From the IMG/VR virus record IMGVR_UViG_3300032770_000036, positions 1 to 45,809 of that record: a stretch of DNA of 45,809 nt; one strand, written 5' to 3'. Below the pieces are notes generated by a model, which was not told the DNA's origin, did no database searches, and was given only the letters and a program-made list of their open reading frames with translations. The stretch comes from a virus. Shown here in pieces: positions 40,141-45,809 of the stretch. A program made the position numbers and the translations under genes. Positions within the stretch are counted from its first letter, which is position 1. Every line of letters starts with the position of its first letter.

Positions 40141-40629
40141 TCAGGCGACGAGGGGCTGTTCGGGTGACAGATCGTAGAGGTCGAGCGCGTTGTCCTCGAT
40201 CTCGTGAATGATGACCGTCGCGTAGTTCGGCGCGGTCGCGTAGTGCTTCGCCATCGCCGCCACGAAGTCGCGCCAGTCGGTCCCCGCCTCGCCGCCGGCG
40301 GCGCGCGCATCGGCGTAGATCGGGCTGTCAGCGAGCAGGCGGGCGTGGGCGAGGAAGCAGGCGGTCGCGGAGGGATATCTCGCGAAGGGTTGGCTCACCG
40401 AAACCATGCGGCCGCCGATGAACTCGTGCGTGCGCGCCATGACGAAGGCCTGGCCGCGCACCGCCTTGATCCCGAAATAATTGTTCGACCCCGGCGGGAT
40501 TTCGCGCCCGTAGGCGCTCTCGATCGCCCATTGCGCGAGGGTCACGCAGGCGGGAACGGCGGGATAGGCGCGCTGTGCGTCCTGCGCCGCCTGGATGATC
40601 TCGGGCGGAAAGAGGGAGAGGTTCGACAT
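40141..40629 (-). CDS. Endolysin, glucosaminidase (GH73/FlgJ-type) domain
   Basis: TLAQWAIESAYGREIPPGSNNYFGIKA...ARTHEF...FARYPS follows the pattern AQ.A.ESGWG....NN.FGIK...T.E....F..Y. The start was moved to ATG 40629. Confidence 0.8.
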   Translation of the reverse strand: MSNLSLFPPEIIQAAQDAQRAYPAVPACVTLAQWAIESAYGREIPPGSNNYFGIKAVRGQAFVMARTHEFIGGRMVSVSQPFARYPSATACFLAHARLLADSPIYADARAAGGEAGTDWRDFVAAMAKHYATAPNYATVIIHEIEDNALDLYDLSPEQPLVA

Positions 40630-40690
40630 CGGCGGCCTCAGTTCGCGGCGAGCGATGCGCCGCGGGCGCGCGCGGGCCAACGCACTCAGG

Positions 40691-42748
40691 TCAGTAATAT
40701 CCTTTCGACTGCAGCCATGACCGGACGCACTTGGTGATGCGGGAAGCGAACACGCGGTTGCCTAGCGCGTTGTTATGCGAGGCGGCGTCATAGGTGAAGT
40801 CGGTGTTTCCGGTCCCGTTCGGCGAGGCAATGGATCCCGTTCCGGTCTCGAATGGCCCATCGGCCGCGTTCGTCCAGGGGCAAAATACCGCCATCGGGTC
40901 GTTCATGGCCGCAAGCGCGGCTTGCGTCGCCTGCTCGGTGGCGACGCAGTTGTTCGTGCAGGATGTTCCCCCGAAGTTGTGAGCGTAAGCGCCAAGGACG
41001 ATGATCGGTATATTTGCTGTCTGAGGATGAGCGCGGAGGGTCTGTATGTAGGTCGTTTGAGCCGCCGCGATCTGCGAAGCGCTTAAGCTCGGGTAATCAT
41101 TGGTCCCGTTGCTTATGAGTAGAATATCCGGCCCAGCTCCGTTCTTCACGTTGAAGACGTCACTAATGCGACTGAGCGCTGAGCCTGACGTGCAGTCGGC
41201 GGCATTATATCCGCACCCCCCGATTGCCGTATTCACGAGGCCGATTATTCCTAGTTCGTCGGCTACGATGCGCGGATATGCCCACGCGCCGGAAAGCACG
41301 CCTCCCCCAAACGGGTAGCTATCGCCCATCGTCGCCATCGTAAGCACCGGAGGGCCGCCCGGATAATAGATGTCATCGCCCACGGCTATGTCGACGCCGC
41401 CAAAATGGCCAGAACCATCGTTCTCGACAATAATATCGCGAGCGGATCGGCCGCCTACACTGGAAAAGTCAAGTATTGTGTATTCCCAACCCGTGGTAAC
41501 AAGAGGGCCGTAATGATTAGGAGAAACATACTGGCAATGATCATGGTTAATCCCGCAGACAGCAAATCTCCACGCGCCACCAGCGCTCAGGGTAGATTGA
41601 TCGTAAGCCCTGAATACCATTACGGGCGCGGTCGTGACGAACTCGAACCGCCCAAAGCTGTTGGACGCGACCCCGGCGACCGTAGGCCCTCCGAAGCCCA
41701 CGTAGGATGTCCCTGAGCTATTGAGCGCGGTCGCGCCCTCCAGGCTGAAGTATGTCAGAAGGTTGCCCGCGCCGCCGTTCCAAAGCACCGAATGCGGCCC
41801 GCTATTTGAGTTGATAGCGGTCGGGAGATTGCGCAAATAGTTCCACGTGCAGGTGTTGTCGGTCTGGCCGCTTCCGGTCCCGCTTGGGCCGCTGCCGCTG
41901 GCCGCCGATGTGCAGGCGCCGGTGTTCTGGTAGAAATATCCAAGGGCGGTCGCCCCGGATCCCGTGAACGTGACCGCAACCGTCCCCGCGGGGTAGGCCG
42001 TATTTATGGCCCATCTGCTCGCGACCGTAACCGTAGGGGCGCCACCTGTCGGCGATTTCTGCACGGAATTCCAAAGACAGGTTCCGTCTGTAATCATTGA
42101 CCCCGCGGCCGACGGGCCTGAACCGGTTCCGGCGGAAGTACATGGCGTCGTATTTGAAGCGCCTCCCTGCATCTCCTCAAAGTATAAGCCGTTGTCAGAG
42201 ACAATCTCGCCGGGATAATAGGACGTGCTTTGCGCCCAGGCGGGAATGCCCATCGGCTGGTTGACTTGAAGGTTGTCCGACTGCGCGGCCCGCGCAAAGC
42301 GCGCTATGATGGCGAGTGTGTTGGGCGCGGCTCCGTCGACCTCTGAGGCCAGCAAGCCGAGCGTGGCCGGTATTTGAAGGCCGATCCCGGAGCCCGAGGT
42401 CGAGGTTTGGCTGCAATTCGTGGCCCCTCTCAGGACCATCCCCGTCGTCTTCCCTCCGGAAAGCAACGTCGCCGCCGTCGCGACGCCGCTCGCCGCAGTC
42501 ACGCTGATTACAGGGGGAATTGAGAAGGTTACGCCGTTGCATCCCAGAACGACCGTGTCCCCGGTCGCGTAACCCGTCATGGTTCCTGTCGGGGCGCCAA
42601 GACCATTCGGCGACAGGGCGAATTGGACGCCGGCGAAGTCGCTGACCTCTCGGCCTAGACCGCTTTGCTGAGCAAGAGCGGGGGGCGAGAACGCCAGCAG
42701 GGCACTGAGCGTGGCCGCTGCGAATGGGCTTCTGCGAGTGTATTTCAT
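40691..42748 (-). CDS. Signal-peptide protein (685 aa) with a C-terminal SGNH/GDSL hydrolase domain
   Basis: The start was moved to ATG 42748, giving MKYTRRSPFAAATLSALLAFSPPALA-QQ. The GDS block is TMGDSYPFGGG and the GxND block is LISNGTNDY. The C-terminus reads ...YDAASHNNALGN. Confidence 0.7.
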   Translation of the reverse strand: MKYTRRSPFAAATLSALLAFSPPALAQQSGLGREVSDFAGVQFALSPNGLGAPTGTMTGYATGDTVVLGCNGVTFSIPPVISVTAASGVATAATLLSGGKTTGMVLRGATNCSQTSTSGSGIGLQIPATLGLLASEVDGAAPNTLAIIARFARAAQSDNLQVNQPMGIPAWAQSTSYYPGEIVSDNGLYFEEMQGGASNTTPCTSAGTGSGPSAAGSMITDGTCLWNSVQKSPTGGAPTVTVASRWAINTAYPAGTVAVTFTGSGATALGYFYQNTGACTSAASGSGPSGTGSGQTDNTCTWNYLRNLPTAINSNSGPHSVLWNGGAGNLLTYFSLEGATALNSSGTSYVGFGGPTVAGVASNSFGRFEFVTTAPVMVFRAYDQSTLSAGGAWRFAVCGINHDHCQYVSPNHYGPLVTTGWEYTILDFSSVGGRSARDIIVENDGSGHFGGVDIAVGDDIYYPGGPPVLTMATMGDSYPFGGGVLSGAWAYPRIVADELGIIGLVNTAIGGCGYNAADCTSGSALSRISDVFNVKNGAGPDILLISNGTNDYPSLSASQIAAAQTTYIQTLRAHPQTANIPIIVLGAYAHNFGGTSCTNNCVATEQATQAALAAMNDPMAVFCPWTNAADGPFETGTGSIASPNGTGNTDFTYDAASHNNALGNRVFASRITKCVRSWLQSKGYY

Positions 42749-42764
42749 TTGTCCCCCCAGCGCA

Positions 42765-43757
42765 TCAGAAGCGTTCCACGATGATCGCGTAGCCCGCGCC
42801 GCCCGCAGCGCCAGCGCCGGCCGTGCCGCCATTCTGCGCCGAGCCGCCGCCGCCGCCCCCGCCGGCCGGCAGGCCCCCGGCGCCGCCCGCGAACGCCACG
42901 GTGGTCGACGAAGCGCCGCCGCCGCCGCCGCCGCCGACGAAGAGGTCAAGGGGGTAGGTCGACAGCGACGCCGCGACGCCGGCGCCGCCCGCGCCGGCGC
43001 CGGCCGTCCCGTTGGTGTTGGGGAAGGCCCCGTTGCCGCCGATCGCGCCATTGGCCGTCGCATTGCCGGACGTGATCCCGCCGCCGGAGCCGCCGGCGCC
43101 CGCGCCTGCCAGGCCAGGGCCGCCATTGCTCGCGCCGCCGGTCGCCGTGCCGCCGCCGCCGGCGCCCCCATAGCCCGGCGCGACCCCGACATTGCCGACC
43201 GCCCCGGAGCCGCCGTTGCTCTGCCCGGTTCCGTTGACGCCGCCCGTGCCGTTGGTCGAGCTGCCGCCAGCGGCGTAGCCCGTGTTGCCGCCCTGGCCGC
43301 CGCCGGACGCGCCGCCGAGCTGGCCGCCGGCGCCGCCGCCGCCGCCGAAGCCCGTCAGCAGCGAGCCAAACGTCGTGGCGCCGCCGGCGCCGCCGTTGCC
43401 GCCCGCCGTCGTGCTGACGGTGGCGGCCGCGCCCGCCGTTCCCGCCGCGCCGATCGTGACGGTCTGCGAGCTCCCAATCTCCGCCGCCGTGAACCTCGCG
43501 CAGCGATGGCCGCCGCCGCCCCCTCCGCCGCCGCCGGAAACGACCGTGGAGGCCGCCTGGAGCGCGCCGCCGCCGCCTCCGCCGCCCGCGCCGTAGACGC
43601 AGACCTCAGCCTCGGTGAGGCCCGGCGAGGGGGTATAGGTTCCGTTGGCGGAAATGGTCACGATGTTGATGCGCCGCGGCGCATAGCCGCCGCCGGCGAG
43701 CGCTGGGGAGGCGGCGAGCAGGGCGGCGAGGGAGATGAGGGCGCGGCGCGTCATCAT
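42765..43757 (-). CDS. Signal-peptide glycine-rich protein (330 aa)
   Basis: The sequence starts MMTRRALISLAALLAASPALA-GGG. It continues VCVYGAGGGGGGG...GGGGGGGGG...VTIGAAG...TTFG...GGGGG... and ends GYAIIVERF, the layout of phage and bacterial glycine-rich domain proteins. Confidence 0.65.
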   Translation of the reverse strand: MMTRRALISLAALLAASPALAGGGYAPRRINIVTISANGTYTPSPGLTEAEVCVYGAGGGGGGGALQAASTVVSGGGGGGGGGHRCARFTAAEIGSSQTVTIGAAGTAGAAATVSTTAGGNGGAGGATTFGSLLTGFGGGGGAGGQLGGASGGGQGGNTGYAAGGSSTNGTGGVNGTGQSNGGSGAVGNVGVAPGYGGAGGGGTATGGASNGGPGLAGAGAGGSGGGITSGNATANGAIGGNGAFPNTNGTAGAGAGGAGVAASLSTYPLDLFVGGGGGGGASSTTVAFAGGAGGLPAGGGGGGGSAQNGGTAGAGAAGGAGYAIIVERF

Positions 43758-44164
43758 TGAGCCCCCACGGTGAGCAAGCCGCCCGCGGCCGAGCCGATCG
43801 CATTGACGCTGTCGGTCGGCAGGGCGACGTCGAAGAACCGGAAACCGCCGGGTTGCAGCGCGATCTCGCCGGCCGCGCAGACGCCGGAGGAGATCGTCGC
43901 CGTTCCTCCGAATTTGATGCACAGCGTCGTCGAGCCGACGTTTTCGAGATAGAGAAACTGCGAGATCGACGTGACAGGCGTCCCCAGGATTGAACCGGAG
44001 CCGATGACGACCTGGTTCGACGCGCCGATCGTCGCGCCCTGGAAAGAGCCGGCGGCAAGGGGGATCGCCGAGGCGCGCGCGTTCTCGTAAGCGAAGAGGC
44101 CAGCGACGAGGCTGGCCGCGCTGACGGCGACGGCTAGGAGGGTCTTGGGCTTGGCGCGGCGCAT
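43754..44164 (-). CDS. Signal-peptide beta-rich small protein (136 aa)
   Basis: The N-terminus reads MRRAKPKTLLAVAVSAASLVAGLFAYENARA-SA. It has an ATGA overlap with the next gene. Confidence 0.55.
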   Translation of the reverse strand: MRRAKPKTLLAVAVSAASLVAGLFAYENARASAIPLAAGSFQGATIGASNQVVIGSGSILGTPVTSISQFLYLENVGSTTLCIKFGGTATISSGVCAAGEIALQPGGFRFFDVALPTDSVNAIGSAAGGLLTVGAQ

Positions 44165-44176
44165 TTGCGAAACTCC

Positions 44177-44386
44177 CTATTCCGGCGACTGATCTTGAAG
44201 CTCGTCCTGCGCCTGGTCGGCGTCGCGCAGCGTTTCGGCGTCGACCTCAACCTTCACAGCGCAGGCGACGGCCTTGTTTGTTTCCTCATGCCAGCGCGCC
44301 TCGATTTCTCGCTGGATGACCTGCGCGGGATCGGCGCGGGCCGCGGTGATAGCCGCGACGAAGGCGAAGAGGATGAGCAGCTTCAT
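44177..44386 (-). CDS. Signal-peptide acidic small protein (69 aa)
   Basis: Track ORF trimmed to MKLLILFAFVAAITAARA-DPAQ.... The ATG lies 2 nt after the upstream stop. Confidence 0.5.
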   Translation of the reverse strand: MKLLILFAFVAAITAARADPAQVIQREIEARWHEETNKAVACAVKVEVDAETLRDADQAQDELQDQSPE

Positions 44387-44388
44387 GA

Positions 44389-45682
44389 TCAGCACGCGGG
44401 GATGTAGCGGACCGTGCCGGAGGCGTCGGTGAAGGTGAGCCATTCCTGCACGGTCGAGTGAATGCCGCTCGGGCCGAGCGTGCCGACGCAGGCGGTGGTC
44501 GAGCCGTTGGCGGTCCAGCCGCCAGTCGTGCCGACCTTCAGGACTTCCGAGCCCGTGCCGAAGACGATCGGGGCGTTCGCCGTGTTGAAGAGCTGCAGCG
44601 CGTTCGCGCCCTGGCCGCCGGAGAATGCGCCGCCGTTGAGGGCGACGCCGGCCTGGTTGATCGCATTCGAGTTGCCGAAGTAGAGCGTCTCTTTGGCGGC
44701 CGTCCCGGTCGAGGAATTGCGCAGCGTCGCCGAGCTGACGCCGTTCGTATTGTTGAAGGTCGCGAACTGATCGGTCGAGTTGATCGGAGCGTTGATGTCG
44801 ATCCCTTCAAACCCGCTGTTCGTCGAGGCGAACTGCGCGACCGGCGAATTGCCGCTGTCGATCGTCGTGTTGCCGGCGCCCGAGACGTGCATGCCGTTCT
44901 GCGTCGTCGCGGTCCCGGAAATCGTGATCGTGCCGCCGACGAAGTTGAAGGAGCCGTCGATGTAGCCGTTGCCCTGCGGGCCGCGCAGCGTGAAGCCGGA
45001 GACGGCGGAATAATTGTAGAGGTCGACGCCGGCGTAGATCGAGCCGCAATTGCCCGCCGCGGCGTGGCCATTCGTGTTGGTCAGCGAGGCGTGAACCCAG
45101 CAGCCGACGAGCTCGCCCGTCGTCTTGATCGAGGGGAAGCCGTCGTAGGAGCCGTCGGCGAAGCCCATGTCGAAGCCGGGATTGGCGGCCAGCGACTTGT
45201 TGATGGAATAGCCGAGCGTATTGATCAGCGAGGCGTTCTCGTACCCCGGCGACTGCACGATTTGCTCGCCGATGACGACGTCGACCGTCGCGCCGGGCCG
45301 GATGTCGAGATCGTTCTCCTGACCGATGCACTGGTGCCAGTAGAGCGCGCCGGCGAGCAGGCGACAGATCGGGTTAAGGGAGAAGGCGTCGCCGCGCCCG
45401 TTGCCCGCGCCCGCCGTCCCGGTCGGCCCGGGGACCGAGATCTGCGTGACAGGCGAGAGGGACGTGTAGTCGCGCCACGTCGTGTCGATCGGCGCGACGT
45501 TGAGGTTGAGCACGAACTGGCCGGTGAGGCGGCTCCCCTGGCCGCCGCCGGTGTTGAGGTTCCAATTGAAGGCGACGACGCCGTTCGGCGAGGACGTGTC
45601 CTGCACCGTGTCGGCGGTATACGTGAAGTTGTTGTAGATAGTTTCAACGGGGTCGGCGCTAACGCCCGACGCCACGCTGGTG
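44389..45682 (-). CDS. C-terminal part of the junction-spanning signal-peptide beta-helix-like protein (see 1..728)
   Basis: The track ORF 44389..45675 has no stop upstream through 45809. The GTG at 45675 is an artefact of the window edge; the true start is ATG 728 across the junction. Confidence 0.7.
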
Positions 45683-45809
45683 AAATTGGTCGGGTCGGTC
45701 GAGGCGGACGTCGGCGCGCCGACGACGGCGACGGGGATCGAGAAGCCCGAGCCGGTCCCGCCGACGCTGGCCGCCGCGACGCCGAGCGTGTCCGTGGTCT
45801 TGTAGCCGG
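45683..45809. repeat. Terminal overlap, identical to 1-127
   Basis: Same 127-nt string as the window start. Confidence 0.95.

Larger units (their letters stand above)
1..45682. mobile_element. Complete circular temperate phage genome (T7-type head and tail module plus lambdoid-style immunity, recombination and integration modules)
   Basis: Positions 1-127 equal 45683-45809, giving a unique length of 45682 bp. The window is filled with phage genes: terminase, portal, scaffold, capsid, adaptor, nozzle, internal virion proteins, tail fibre, endolysin, integrase, CI/Cro-like pair, RusA-like resolvase and exonuclease. Confidence 0.8.

Noticed and set aside
42711-43922. Plus ORF 42711..43760, and the long N-terminal extensions of track ORFs 40691..43192 and 42765..43922
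   Set aside because: These are Ala/Arg-rich low-complexity readings of the glycine-rich gene's other frames. Internal ATGs at 42748 and 43757 give canonical signal peptides and tight gene packing.

Overview
The first 127 nt are identical to the last 127 nt (45683-45809), so this window reads as one closed circular element of about 45,682 bp. It looks like a complete, high-GC temperate phage. About 32 kb is a single minus-strand late block. In transcription order it carries small unknown genes, a run of five signal-peptide proteins that crosses the contig junction, and a lysis cluster with a glucosaminidase-type endolysin. These are followed by large terminase, a T7-gp8-like portal, scaffold and major capsid. 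The block ends with a gp11-like adaptor, a gp12-like nozzle, large internal virion proteins (one with a lysozyme domain) and a gp17-like tail fibre. The rest is lambdoid-style. It holds a divergent CI-like/Cro-like pair and a leftward early operon (RusA-like resolvase, candidate replication protein with internal iterons, XRE regulator). A rightward operon carries a PD-(D/E)XK exonuclease, an unknown 204-aa protein, a Sak4-like ATPase, tiny membrane ORFs, an excisionase-like gene and a tyrosine integrase. A separate plus-strand block carries an HTH protein, an AAA+ ATPase, a partner protein and a zinc-ribbon protein. I found no tRNA, rRNA, CRISPR array, reverse transcriptase, or phage RNA or DNA polymerase. 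The observations most worth a second look are: (1) the palindrome CTGWCAG is about ten-fold over-represented, is written with rare codons, and is absent from about 6 kb; (2) that motif-free, partly AT-richer stretch encodes the five consecutive Sec-signal proteins, in the slot between a candidate late-control node and the lysis genes; (3) strictly 5-nt-phased GGYNN tracts and twin AT-rich hairpins flank the unknown 204-aa gene; (4) a 14-bp operator palindrome recurs at five transcription-unit boundaries and sits in promoter spacers; (5) the CI-like repressor has both S24 catalytic residues substituted; (6) a strand-specific motif, GTGCGTTG(A/G)G, lies upstream of late genes. All counts were made by eye and all family assignments come from remembered motifs, with no searches run.
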